Positions 1 through 14,649 are shown, numbered from the stretch's first letter. The stretch: DNA of 64,000 nucleotides from the human T2T-CHM13v2.0 reference genome, Homo sapiens (GCF_009914755.1 NC_060929.1), one strand, 5' to 3'. A program made the numbers and translations. Notes: generated by a model not told the origin, from the sequence alone.

Positions 1-870
1 TTGGGTTCTTTTGCACCCTTTGGTCAAGGTGGCTTGTTGCTGAGAGATCATTTTGCTGACTGCACATTGGATTTCACTTCTAGATGCCTAAGCTCTATTT
101 AGTAAGCTGGGTGAGTTTACACAAAATAGCAACCCTGAAGTGGAAATATCCATACAGTTTAGTAGCTGCCATGAATATATCACACATCAGACTCAATACA
201 CCATGAAGACATCCCCAATAGTTTCTAATCATTTACATATGTTCTTTCCTTAACAGCATTTGCATTATAATCACTTTATTCATAAATCAAATGGTCCATT
301 TAAAAGAGATTATATAGAGGAAAAATTATTTCAAGACTTGTTTACCAGTGTTTTTACTTAAGCTAGTTCCCAAAGCCTATAAATAAAAAGGGTTATTTTC
401 ATGTGAACTGTTTAACTCATCAATGTGTACAATGCATCTTGTGTAGAAGTTAGTCCTCCTCTGAAAGAAATTTCCAGAAATATATTTTTATTTAGGAACA
501 AGAGCTTAAGTTATAAGACACTCTAACAAAGTGTGTGTATGTGTTTGTATGTGTTTTTCTAACCATAGAAAACATTATTTTAGTGAATGTTCAAATACAC
601 AGTGGTACTGTCTGCTTCTCTGGAAGTTTCTGTGACAATAGGGATACAGGTTAAATGTACCATGTGTTATATTGAATCAGGTTCCAGGGAGAGGGCTATA
701 TATCATTGAGGAGAAAACAGGCCTTTGCTTTCAGAAAGGTAATCTGGAAATCTAAAATATAATAATCCCACCACATAATGTTGTATCTTCATAATGATGA
801 ACTACTAACATACTACTTTAATTTTATCCCTAAACTCACCTAGAGTCTACAAGGAATTTTTACAATCTCC

Positions 871-1237
<367 letters not shown>

Positions 1238-1695
1238 TACAATCTCCATTTCTTATAACGAATTCATTCAAACTATGTGTTAAGGGGAAGAAGATAAGTA
1301 ATCATAGTTCTTGCCCAGAAGGAGTAAGAACAGGAGTAAGAACGAAATGCTATGGACTCAGTACATATGTGTAAAGGCCATTAGCTCTATAACAATTTTA
1401 AGGTGAGGCAGGAGCTTCATTTGATTCTACAGGTTTAAGCCTTTTTATGTTTCAGTGTAAGATGTTTATTTTATGTAAGTCAATGTGTGATAATGTTAAA
1501 TCCATGCAAGGAAGACACAGGCAGCTCAGTGGTTGGCTTTGGGGAGCAAAGGATGAAAGGAAAGCTGCTGTGCAGGCTGGAAGGGAGAGGACAGGGGTTT
1601 TTTCTTAGGAATCTTGGGAATTTTCTCAAGCTTCTTGGCTGCTCTGAGGAAGTAGTTTGACCTTTGCCTGGCTGCTCAGTATTGGAATGAGATCC

Positions 1696-2166
1696 TGAGA
1701 GGTGAAGCCAGCTGGACTTCCTGGGTCGAGTGGGGACTTGGAGAACTTTTCTGTCTTACAAGAGGTTTGTAAAACGCACCAATTAGTGCTCTGTAGCTAA
1801 CTAGAGGTTTGTAAAATGCACCAATCAGCACTCTGTAGCTAGCTAGAGGTTTGTAAAATGCACCAATCAGTGCTCTGTAAAATGGACCAGTCAGCACTCT
1901 GTAAAATGGACCAATCAACAGGACATGAGTGGGGACAAATAAGGGAATAAAAGCTGGCCACCCCAGCCAGCAGGGCAACCTGCTTGGGTCCCCTCCCACA
2001 CTGTGGAAGCTTTGTTCTTTCACTCTTCACAATAAATCTTGCTGCTTCTCATTCTTTGGGTCCGTGCCATATTTAAGAGCTGTGACACTCACCGCAAAGG
2101 TCCGTGGCTCCATTCTTGAAATCAGCGAGACCACGGACCCACTGGAAGGAACCAGCTCCAGACACA
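1696..2166 (+). mobile_element. LTR12-family (HERV9) solo LTR, short LTR12F-like
   Basis: Starts TGAGAGGTGAAGCCAGCTGG, ends GACACA; tandem CACCAATCAGCACTCTGT units; AATAAA ~2031; 4-bp TSD ATCC/GTCC. Confidence 0.9.
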
Positions 2167-2257
2167 GTCCCATCCTAGAGACTCCTCTCTTGCAAAAGGC
2201 TTGGAATATTTTGTTTCTAGTTTTTGTTTCTATATTCTTTCCAGTGAAAAAGTATCT

Positions 2258-2424
2258 GGCAGAGTGTGGTGGTTCACACCTGTAATTCTAGCCATGTTGG
2301 AGGCTGAGGTGGGAGGATTGTTTTAGCCCAGGATTTCAAGACTGCAGTGAGCTGTGATTACTGCTACTGCACTCCAGCCTGGGGGACAGAGAAATACCCT
2401 ATCTCAAAAAAAAAAAAAAAAAAA
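2258..2424 (+). mobile_element. Alu monomer (FRAM-like)
   Basis: Single right-arm-like monomer with poly(A). Confidence 0.8.
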
Positions 2425-2482
2425 GCAATTAAGAAAACACTTTAACATTAACATTGTATACTTAGTTTAAACATTGCATTTA

Positions 2483-2782
<300 letters not shown>

Positions 2783-3454
2783 CCCATTACATTTAATATT
2801 TAACATTAACATTATGTATTATCAGTCTATCAAACATTAAAATGATTAACAAATCCATGCCACGTCAGTACTAACACACTTAACTTGCACAGATGTAGAC
2901 GGAATACAATTTGTTGGAAGCAACTTAGAATAGGAATTCAGCCTCCTGCTGCCACCAGACATCCCCAGGGCTCTGTGAGGACAAGGGATTGTTTTGGGTT
3001 CAAGGCAAGGTAAACCACAACACATTGAGCAGGGACCAGTCACCACTTGGAGGAGATGATACATATCTTTTTCTAGAAGTTTGTTTTTTTCCATTATATG
3101 ATTTAAAGAAAAGGCAGCCACAGTTCATATGGTGTTAGAGAATCTTGAAAAAACAAATTCACATTCTTTTCTCTCCACTTGATCAACAACTGTGTAATTC
3201 TAAATTCCTGGGAGGCGTTGGGTTTGACTTTATTGGATTCAGCCCATAGTCTGAAATGAGGTGGTTTCTTTATTTGATAAGTTCCCCAGCTGAAGTTTCA
3301 GCAACTGTTCTTAAGGAAATGTTATCTCTTTATCGTAAGAAAAGCTTTTCGTACCAAATTTTCAGTGTTCTGGTTGTTCCAAAATAGTAGGAATGGAAAT
3401 GTTGGCTGTCAGAAAGTCTCTTCCTCTATTGGTGGAAAAGAAAAATAGCCTATC

Positions 3455-3560
3455 TGAATCATGAGAGGGATCGTAGAGATTTCCCATTCCAAAGTCCCTT
3501 CCTTTTTCAGACGAGGAAACTGAGGCCCAGGAATGTTAACTGAAACAATACCGAGGGCTT
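3455..3560 (-). mobile_element. MIR fragment
   Basis: MIR core CAGACGAGGAAACTGAGGCCCAG. Confidence 0.6.
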
Positions 3561-4363
3561 GCCCTGCACTTAGGGTGGGAATGAGATCCCTGGGTTTTTA
3601 GTGAATGGAATGGGATTCTTCAAACATCCTAGCCTGCTTATAAATTGCACGTTAACTCCCTGATGATGTGGAGAGGCTGTGAGCTTGACTGAGCGTTACT
3701 GTTCACAAGTGTATCTTTTTACTTAAGGATTAGGAACTGTGTGCTGACTTAGCCCAGGTGAGCTTTGATTTTGCCCCAGGTCAACATCGGAAACCACGTC
3801 TTTTATAGGAAAGGAACAGGAAAATCCAGTATGAGATTTCACATACATATTTATTCTCCTGATAAGACTCCAGGTTCCTGGTGCAGTTGCTTTCGCTTCC
3901 CTGTTAATGATTTGGTCGTGTTACCTCTCCTTTGTGATGTAGGTTTTTCTAAAATGATGTAAATAATGGTCTAAATCATCTTCCTTACTCAGTCAATAAA
4001 TATTTGGCTCTAGTCTGTATTATTTTCTTTTTGCTGTTTAACATATAACTCTTTGTTGGTTATTTTTTTTTCTGAGTGAATTTCACACCACCCCTAAGTG
4101 AAAGCTACATGAAGGCATCAAACCTAGCTTAGTGTTTTCACATCATTAATTCTAAGTAACATTTCTGAAGCTACTTGAAAAACTAAAATTTTATAAGGTG
4201 AGCTACTGAAAAGTCATTACATCAAGGCTTTAATGTATTGTCTTGGTAATGATAAATTTCCATGTGTCAGAATTGCACAGAGCACTATAGAATTCCTACA
4301 GCCACACAGGTTCCTCTTTCCCAGGGATTTCTGTGTACAGGTCAAACCTCTATAAAATAAAGC

Positions 4364-4843
4364 TGTCAAAAGACAAAATTACAACCACTTTAAAGATCGA
4401 ACTGCCTTTTATGTGTGATGCTAGAATGGGGCAGCGCCTCCTTCTACACGGTAGAGTGAGTGTTCTGATGGGCGGAGCACAGGAGGTTTGCTTTATAGGC
4501 AGAAAAAGGCTGAAGAGAGCAAAAATAGGGGACAAAAAGTGGATTGATCATTTCAAATTTACTTTCCCTACAGATGGTTAAAACAGAGGGGAACTTCCTT
4601 GTCACTCAGGCTCTGGTACACTAGGCTCCTTTTGCCTGGTTGTTGTATAGCTTCTGTTTTGGGAAAACAGGCCTGTTTCAGACCTGCTAATTTTTGTATT
4701 TTTAGTAGAGACAGCGTTTTACCATGTTGGCCAGAGTTCATTCAGATCTCATGGCAATTAGCCTTACTGACTCCATACTGGTCACTCAGGCTAATTGCTG
4801 GGGCCCAGAGTCGGAGCTCAGTCCAAACAACAGCCTGCCATAA
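4364..4843 (-). mobile_element. ERV1 solo LTR, MER67-like
   Basis: Reverse complement begins TGGCAGGCTGTTGTTTGGACTGAGCTCC and ends TTTTGACA, as recalled for MER67. Confidence 0.65.
4683..4732 (-). mobile_element. Internal Alu fragment (linker plus part of left arm) inside the LTR
   Basis: GCTAATTTTTGTATTTTTAGTAGAGACAGCGTTTTACCATGTTGGCCAG; no head or tail. Confidence 0.85.
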
Positions 4844-5803
4844 CTGTGTTTAGCAGAGGTTGCCATTCCTTTCTTGGTCCCTTTTGTCTTAGAATCAATT
4901 GTCTGAATTACCAGGTATTGTCATCTCCAAGGGAGGATCTGTCTTGGAAATTTCTAGCTAGTTCCCTTTTCCTAATAGTGGACACGTGTGTTCCCAAAAG
5001 GAATGACTATGAATGGGCCAGTGTTTCATGGACCATGTCCTCCAAAACTCCTGTGTATTTACTTACAGACGATGGGCCGGAACAAGTGGGAAACACTGCC
5101 TTTGGCTTGATTCCATCCAGTCCATAGGATGACATTGTGTGGCCACTGGTCTTAATGCCCAGGCAATATTTTCCCTCTGTAGCTATGCCTTTAAGACAGA
5201 AAACTAAAAGGCTTAAAACCACTAGACAATTCCAGGAGGAGGCTACTTTCTTTGTTGTGCTTCTGTTGTTGACACTTCTGTTCTCAAGGTTAATTACATA
5301 TTTGGTTAACTGATTTAATTAGTTAATTGGTTTGCTGGGCCTGCCTCCTTGGTAAGAATTCAAATGCAAATTCACACTGGGATATGCCCTTTCATTGTTA
5401 GTGGCCTATAACCAAGACACACACACACACTACTTAATTATAAGTGTTTGTTTTGGGGAATTTGCTATTTGTTCTCTGAAGCAGATTTTCTTTTACACGA
5501 GGAGAGCAAATGCCAGTTTACTGCCAATTCCAGAAGTCTGCTCTATTGCAGCAAAGAAGGAGATGGGAATGGCAGTGTCTAGAAGCATGAGACGTCTCTG
5601 ACGTCTGCTCTGATCCTCCCAGTGCCTGGTGGGTTCTGGGGCCAGAACTGGGCACGGTGACTCAAAATGTGAAGATGTCCTCCTTCTGGGGTGTGTCGTG
5701 TGTCCTCTCTACCTCAGCAGAGAAAACAAGAAAATGAAACGGGATTCAGAGTGTCAATTCTAAACGTTAACACTTTCTGAATAATCAATAAAAAACGAAT
5801 TCT

Positions 5804-6116
5804 GGCCGGGCATGGTGGCTCACATTTGTAATCCTAGTGCTTTGGAGGCTGAGGCAGGTGGATTGGCTGAGCTCAGGAGTTCAAGACCAGCTTGGGTAAC
5901 ATGGCAAAACCCTGTCTCTACTAAAAATAACCAAAAAAAAAAAAAAAAAAATTAGCCAATTGTGGTGGCACACGCCTGTAATCCCAGCTACTCAGGAGGC
6001 TAAGGCACAACAATTGCTTGAACCTGGGAGGTGGACGTTGCAGTGAGCCGAGATCACGCCACTGCACTGCAGCCTGGGTGACAGAGCGAGACTTCGTCAC
6101 AAAAAAAAAAAAAAAA
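5804..6116 (+). mobile_element. Alu (AluS-like)
   Basis: Full dimer; TSD ending GAATTCT on both sides. Confidence 0.95.
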
Positions 6117-6156
6117 GAATTCTGTCTGGGTTGCTGGTGGAATAAGAAAAAGCAGA

Positions 6157-6482
<326 letters not shown>

Positions 6483-6560
6483 TTACGGTATTAGATTAAT
6501 TCTCTAATCATTTCTAGTCCTTTCTATTTTCAGTCTGCCTGATTGAAAACAGAAAAATCA

Positions 6561-6861
6561 GGCTGGGTGTAGTGGCTCATGCCTGTAGTCCCAACACTTT
6601 GGGAGGCAGAGGCGGGTGGATCACTTGAGGTCAGAAGTTCAAGACCACCTGGCCAACATGGTGAAACGCCATCTCTACTAAAAACACAAACAATTAGCTG
6701 CGCATGATGGCCCTTACCTGTAATCCCAGCAACTTGGGAGTCTGAGGCAGGAGGATTGCTTGAACCCGGGAGGTGAAGGTTGCACTGAGCTGAGATTGAT
6801 CTTGCCATTGCACTCCAGCCTGGGCGACAGAGCGGGACTTCATCTCAAAAAAAAAAAAAAA
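6561..6861 (+). mobile_element. Alu (AluS-like)
   Basis: Full dimer with poly(A). Confidence 0.95.
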
Positions 6862-6932
6862 TTATATTTTTCACAGATGACTTTATTGATGTCGAGCAAA
6901 TTATTAGCCTCTCTCTTTTTTTTTTTTTTTTT

Positions 6933-7041
6933 AGGGCTAGTCAAGTGCAGTAGTGAGAAGGAGGGAAAGAGTAGAACCAGGAGTTCAATCTGTAACTGAC
7001 TGAATAATCAATTGAGATAACTCACTACCTTCAGGCCAGTC
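6933..7041 (-). pseudogene. Y1 RNA (RNY1) processed pseudogene
   Basis: Reverse complement GACTGGCCTGAAGGTAGTGAGTTATCTCAATTGATT...CACTACTGCACTTGACTAG matches hY1 end to end; poly(A) tail seen as T-run 6916-6932; TSD TATTAGCCT (6902-6910) / TATCAGCCT (7042-7050). Confidence 0.95.
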
Positions 7042-7525
7042 TATCAGCCTACTTTGTTTGGCATCTGGAAGATCAGAGTTTGGAGAAGAAATGCTCCAGG
7101 GTCCTCAGTCCTTGATGAGTTGTACTCATAATAGAGTGAGTTGAGGGTTGCTCTTGCCATGTGTGTTTGCTTGTGTGGTTCTGAGAAATCTGGAAAGAAC
7201 TTGGCTGATGACTTTAAAGCTGGTGGTAGATCCTTTTAACTGGAGAATGGAGCCTGTCCATTGTTGGAATGACATTGATTTTTATTTTCTCTTTAATTGT
7301 TGAGTTTCTCATTTCTGCTGCAGGGTTAACAAATTTGTAACCTCCTTGGCAGTCTTGCCTGAGATTCTTCTTTCCTCTCATAATTAGAGAGCTTTTTGTA
7401 ATCTTTCATCAGACTTTCCTTTGAACTAGCTTAATTATGTCTCATTCCAGCTTTATTGATTGGTGTCGCTAATTGATCGTTTTTCTTCCATAATATTGCT
7501 TTATGCACTTTAAAAACAATTATAG

Positions 7526-7892
<367 letters not shown>

Positions 7893-8460
7893 TAGAATTA
7901 TTTTTTAAATTGTAGAAGTCATATCACAGTGGTACCATTTGACCTTTGTTTTTCCTTCTGAATCAGTCTTTATATTGCTCCCTACAAATCATACTTCAAG
8001 TGACGTTTCCTTTGGATTTGAGGTTGAAAACCCAAACATGAGACCAACATCCTATAAGCAGTGCGGAAGTCCATGGCAGAAGTTCTCAGGCTGTGTGCTG
8101 TGTGTGGAACTCTTGTTCATACATCGCAGTGTCAGAGGCCATTTCCTCTTTTTATAGGGAGGCTTGGGAGAAAGGCGGGTGGCAACACTGTCTCATTGAT
8201 GACTCATGTTCCTGTGTCTGTGAGCGTTAGGGAGAATGACAGAGCTCTCCGGAACAGCGTCCTCAGGGCCTGCAGCACTACTCAGTGGGGTCTGATTCCT
8301 TCTGCTTTTTATAGTGAGGCGTTCATAGAGTGTCACAGCCTTCATGAGGAAACGGGAAATGAGATGGGGGCCCAAGCAGACAGACCAGACTTGGGAGGAA
8401 GAAAAGAAAAGAAAAAAAGGAGAAAAATAGAGAGGGGAAAGAGGGTGATTAAAGGCAGAT

Positions 8461-8827
8461 AAAGAAAAGAGATGCATCGAAACAACATTGAGAAAAATGA
8501 GAAGTGTATGGAATGGCATTTAAAAGTCACTCTTAGGCCAGGCGCGGTGGCTCACGCCTGTAATCCCAGCACTTTGGGAGGCCGAGGCGGGCAGATCACG
8601 AGGTCAACAGATGGAGACCATCCTGGCTAACACAGTGAAACCCCATCTCTACTAAAAAAAAAAAAAAAAAAGAAAATACAAAAAAATTAGCCAGGCGTGG
8701 TGGCGGGCACCTGTAGTCCCAGCTACTCGGGAGGCTGAGGCAGGAGAATGGCGTGAACCCAGGAAGTGGAGCTTGCGGTGAGTGCCACTGCACTCCAGCC
8801 TGGGCGACAGAGTGAGACTCCATCTCA

Positions 8828-8858
<31 letters not shown>

Positions 8859-8922
8859 TGCATAGAAACAACATTGAGAAAAATGAGAAGTGTATGGAAT
8901 GGCATTTAAAAAGTCACTGTTA
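8461..8922 (+). repeat. ~75-bp direct repeat of unique sequence (8461-8535 and 8847-8922) flanking an AluY
   Basis: AAAGAAAAGA..TGCAT.GAAACAACATTGAGAAAAATGAGAAGTGTATGGAATGGCATTTAAAAGTCACT.TTA occurs twice, about 4 differences. Confidence 0.95.
8536..8846 (+). mobile_element. Alu (AluY-like)
   Basis: AluY diagnostics; small right-arm deletion. Confidence 0.93.
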
Positions 8923-9221
<299 letters not shown>

Positions 9222-10109
9222 TCACTCTTGTTATGATTATTCCTGCCTTTGAATTGATGGAAAGGAAATGGTTTGGTGTCCAACTCTCAAACACTCTAGC
9301 TGTGAACGTATGGGCCTAAACTTGTCCTGTGTGAAAGACGTGTAAATCATTTGGTGTCTGTTCCTTACATCTTGGCAAAGGTTATCTCCTAGGCTCTGTG
9401 CAGTGGGGTCTGATATGTGGAAGAGGAGGTAGGGGGAAGAGAGGAGGGTAGAGGAGCCCCAGGCAGGAAGCGGTGGGGGGGTGGGGGCTGCTGGGAAGCC
9501 TCCCCTCCAGAAGAGCCAGCGGCCTGGTGAGGCACAGCCCAGCCTCAGGTGTGAGTGTCTTGGATGGTGAGGAATAGAGTGTAGCTGGACCAGGATGCAG
9601 GATGGATGAGGCTGCCAGGGTCACCGGAGAGAGGCAGTCATATAGCTTAAGCTTTTGTTGGCTGCACTTTAGTTAACTAAACAACCAGGGGAGCATGGAT
9701 TTCATGCCAATTAGCAAATATTCCCATGCTGGTTTTTCACCCTGTGAAATTATTAACATCAGGTGTAACCGTTGTGGCTCACTGGAACCCAGTCACCTCT
9801 TTTGATGAGAGGATTTTTGTTTTCTTGCCCTTATCTAACATTCACATACTCAGTGTCAACTATCAACTAACATTAACATTGACCTTGGAGGCCAGTGAAG
9901 TCAGAGATGAAGACCGAAACTGAGGTTACACATGCTCTTGGTTTCACCATCTGCAGAAATATCAGGAGAAATAATAGGGGTATTCATCCCAATGGACAGC
10001 CAGGCCTCTCCTAGCACCTTCTGTTTGCCTCGCCTTATGCCCCCAGCACTCTGCTTGGTCCTACAGCTCTGCCTACTGTGGCCACTAGCAACAGAGATGA
10101 TCACAGCAG

Positions 10110-10280
10110 CCCTCGGTGTGCTCACCGTGCGCCAGACACTGCGCTAAGTGCCGAATGCGTGTCAGGTCATGCAATTCTCCAAACTCTAAGGTCCTTTTTG
10201 TCATATTATTTATATTTTACAAATGAGTACACTGATGGACAGGTTAAAATGGCCCAGGGTCACACTCTGTTAAATAGCAC
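10110..10280 (-). mobile_element. MIR fragment
   Basis: GTGCCAGACACTGCGCTAAGTG...ATTTTACAAATGAGTACACTGA...GGTCACAC. Confidence 0.6.
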
Positions 10281-10520
10281 AAAAGAGACACGAGATTGGA
10301 GAAATGATGCCTAACAAGACAGATTCCGTCTTTGCCCTCCCCACAGCAGAAAAGGAGTTGCTCATATTTGACTGTGGTGTGAGACTCAGTCAGATGGGGT
10401 TTAGACTAGAGGCAGAGAGTCGAGAAGAAACCCTTTAGTAATGGGGTGAGGAATGATGGATCCCTGAACTAAGGTGATAGCAAAGAGAATGGAGAGAAGG
10501 TGGATTTGAAAGTGAGTAAA

Positions 10521-11153
<633 letters not shown>

Positions 11154-11722
11154 TCAGGGATTCGGGCCTGGGCTCCTGGGCTGGGAGTGAGAGGGTTCTG
11201 GCCTGTTCCTTCCCTTGGCAAATGGCACCACCCTTTCCTGCAGCCCTCCTGTATCTTGTGTTTATACCTGGAAGTGTGGCTTTAGCCAGTGGAGCCAGAA
11301 GTCTGGTAAATGTCTGTGAAACACAGAAGAGCCGAGGTAGCCCTGAGTCGTGGATGCCATTGGTGCCTTACCCAGACTGTCTTTGCTGGGGGCCCCTGTC
11401 TCAGCTGCTGGGTCATTTGAGAGGCCTTTTCTGGAAAAATGTTCTTGACTCACAGGAGCCCCCCTGCCTGGAGATAGCTGAGTAGGTACCTCAGGATGCC
11501 CCCATTTACCCCACCACATACACACTGGGGACTGGCCAGTCAACTAGCAGATACGGAGCCAGAAAGACTGGGATCCCTTACTTCAAGGCCAGGTAGCTCT
11601 GTGGTTTGATTGATTGCACTGTCACCTCCTCCCTGTCCGTGGACTAGGCTATGACAGGGCTTTCCCAGAGATCACATCCTGCTTCCCGGCTTCCTCATCC
11701 TGGTCACCCTTCTCTCACTCCC

Positions 11723-12077
11723 TCTTAGGGGCTGAATTATGTCTTCTGCCCCCAGTTCATATGCTGAAGGCCTAACCCCCAGTACCTCAAAATGTGACCG
11801 TATTAGCAGATGGGACCTTTTAAGAGGTCACTAAGTCAAAATGAGGCTGTTAGGATGGGCCATAACTCAATGTGACTGGTGTCCCTATAAGAAGAGGAAA
11901 TGTGGACACACAGGCCAGAGATGCTCACGCACAGAGGAAAGACCATGTGAGGATGCAGTGAGAAGGGGGCTGTCTACAAGCCAAGGAGAGAGGCCTCAGG
12001 AGAAACCAAACCTACTGACAGGCTGATCTTGAACATCTACCCTGTAGAACTGTGAGAAAATTAACCCCTTTTTTATT

Positions 12078-12116
<39 letters not shown>

Positions 12117-12458
12117 GAGACAGAGTCTTGCTCTGTTGCCCAGGCTGGAGTGCAGTGGCGGTATCTCGGCTCACTGCAAGCTCTGCCTCCTGGGTTCATG
12201 CCAGTCTCAGCCTCCCAAGTAGCTGGGACTACAGGCGCCTGCCGCCACTCCCGGCTAATTTTTTTTTTTTTTTTTTTGTAGAGACAGGGTTTCACCGTGT
12301 TAGCCAGGATGGCCTCTATCTCCTGATCTCGTGATCCGCCCACCTCAGCCTCCCAAAGTGCTGGGATTACAGGCTTGAGCCACCACGCTCAGCCGAGAAA
12401 ATTAACTTCTGCTGTTGAAGCCTCTTTTAGTCTGTGGCAACCCTAGCAAATTAGCAGA
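11723..12458 (+). mobile_element. MaLR LTR, MLT1B-like, interrupted by Alu
   Basis: GGGCTGAATTATGTC..CCCCAGTACCTCAAAATGTGACCGTATT; perfect 5-bp TSD CTCCC (11718-11722, 12459-12463). Confidence 0.85.
12069..12394 (-). mobile_element. Alu (AluY-like) with (TTTA)n tail
   Basis: TSD GAGAAAATTAAC at 12054-12065 and 12395-12406. Confidence 0.95.
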
Positions 12459-13052
12459 CTCCCTCACATGTTTTTCCTGAAGCGCATTCCTTCAATAAGC
12501 CAAAAGCACCAGGATCCTGGTCTCACACGCTGCTTCTAGGGAACTTGACCAAAGACACAAAGGCACTATGGAAACAATGTTCAGATTGTATTCCAAGTGT
12601 GCCAGCTCTTTGCTGATTATTTCATTAACTTGTTAGTAGAGAGTTAAGACCCAGGCAGCAGAGAGGCTCCCAAGGGCTTCCAAGGACAGTGTGTTCTGTG
12701 GACAGTCCAGGCTTTAGAAGCGGGGGAGTCCCCAAGTTTCATCTGGGAATGGAGCCTCCGTCTTTTCCCCAGTCATTTGGCCTTCTACATCTTAAAGAAG
12801 TCTATGTTAAAATAAGTTATAATGTACGCATAAATTAATTTGTTGCTGGTTAAAATCAGAAAGACATTCAATCTTGATAAAAAATAATTTCAATCTATCA
12901 GAACATGAACTTCTTTTTTTTTTTTTCCTGTTGGCAAATGCTTTTGATTTGTTTGTACCTTTTGGCTACATACATAGCAGATAAATAAAGGGGCAAAGTG
13001 GGTTAGAAAAATCTCAGGACTGGGAATTGAGAGGCCCAGGATCAAGTTCTGC

Positions 13053-13421
13053 TGTATAAGTCTGTTTTCACACTGCTATAAAGATACTACCTGAGACTGG
13101 GTAATGTTTAAAAAAAAGAGGTTTAATTGACTCACAGTTCCACATGGCTGGGGAGGCCTCAGGAAACTTACAATCATGGCAGAAGGCTAAGGGGAAGCAA
13201 GGCATGTGTTATCACGGCAGCAGGAGAGAAAGAGAGAGAGTGAAGGGGGAAGTGCCACACTTTTAAACCATCAGACCTCATGAGAACTCACTATCACGAG
13301 AACAGCAAGGGGGATGTCCGCCCTCATGATCCAGTCACCTCCCACCAGGCCCCTCCCCTGACACATGGGGATTACAATTCAACATGAGATTTGGGTGGGG
13401 ACACAGAGCCCAACCACATCA
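13053..13421 (-). mobile_element. MaLR solo LTR, THE1D-like
   Basis: TGTATAAGTCTGTTTTCACACTGCTATAAAG...ACCACATCA; perfect TSD TCTGC; sits in a MIR-like remnant. Confidence 0.9.
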
Positions 13422-14168
13422 TCTGCTTCAACCAGTTGTCTGATTTTAGACCTTCTATTATTCTTGGCTTGGCTTCAGGTTTTTTAAAACAACTCTCCCT
13501 TTCCACAAAAACAAAAACACAAAAACAAACAAAAAACCACACACAAAAAAAGGAGTCCAAAATGCTCTCCAAATCTTATTTCCTTCTAAGGTTCTAATTA
13601 TTCCGACAATCCTGGATATTTCAGTCAAAGGTGTTCCAGCTTCTCGGGTTGCTCCAATCAGAACCTTCTCACCTCTCTGCAGTTTGCAGGTGGATCTCAA
13701 CCCACCCTTTGTGCCAGTTTTCATTAGTAAACTTCAACACCCTTTACCTCTCTGTCCTCAATTCCCCCAGTAGGCTCTGCATGTCAAATAAACCTCTCCA
13801 AATAGATTTGGAGTCTGGCTCTGTAGCATTTATTGAAAACCCATTATGTCCTGTTTACTTATTCTGCAATCGGAGCCTGCACATTTCTGATACACTAATG
13901 GGAAAGTTCTGGCCAAAGAGGAGGCGATTGTTCTGGCTCTGTCCTGTCCCGTGATATCAAACGTTCATCTGTGGAACGCATCTGAAACCTTTTGTCCTCT
14001 AGTGGCTACAGTGGTTAACCTTGAGAGAGAGAGAGAGACAGAGAATGTGTGTTGTGTTGGGGGAGGGTTTTTGGCAGGGGAAGGCATTGATTTTATTAGC
14101 TTAGGACAACTTACGCTGTGTATTCAAGGAACTGTCAAAATCCCAAAAGTGTACTGTCTAGTGTATAG

Positions 14169-14178
14169 TTTTCTTTCC

Positions 14179-14240
<62 letters not shown>

Positions 14241-14361
14241 CTCTCTCTCTCTCTCTTTCTTCCTTCCTTCCTTCCTCTTCCTTCCTTCCTTCCTTTGTTC
14301 CTTCGTTCCTTCCTTCCTTTCTCCTTCCTTCCTTCTTTTCTTTCTTTCTTTCCTCTCTTTG
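14169..14361. repeat. Compound (TTTC)n/(TC)n/(TTCC)n microsatellite in an Alu tail
   Basis: Directly visible tandem repeats. Confidence 0.95.
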
Positions 14362-14649
14362 TTTTTTTGAGACGGAGTCTCCCGCTGTCGCCTGGGCTGG
14401 AGTGCAATGGTGTGATCTCGGCTCACTGCAACCTCCGCCTCCTGGATTCAAGTGATTCTCCTGCCTCAGCCTCCTGAGGAGCTGGGACTATAGGCGTGTG
14501 CTACCACACTCAGCTATTTTTTTGTATTTTTAGTAGAGACGGGGTTTTACTATGTTGGCCAGACTGGTCTCAAACTCCTGACCTTGTGATCCACCCGCCT
14601 CGGCCTCCCAAAGTGCTGGTATTACAGGCGTGAGCCACTGAGCCCGGCC
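14362..14649 (-). mobile_element. Alu (AluS-like)
   Basis: Full antisense dimer. Confidence 0.95.

Larger units (their letters stand above)
11346..12557 (+). mobile_element. ERVL solo LTR, LTR16-like, interrupted by MLT1B
   Basis: 5' GTGGATGCCATTGGTGCC..CCCAGA; 3' TCAATAA...TGCTTCTAGGGAACTTGACCAAAGACA. Confidence 0.6.

Noticed and set aside
1320-1343. 12-bp tandem duplication AGGAGTAAGAAC x2
   Set aside because: Real but an ordinary slippage event.
1760-1920. Regularly spaced repeats resembling a CRISPR array (also 19645-20310)
   Set aside because: These are intrinsic LTR12 tandem repeats without unique spacers, in primate DNA with no cas genes.
9470-9496. G-quadruplex candidate
   Set aside because: Needs one G7 run split to reach four tracts; common and without supporting context.
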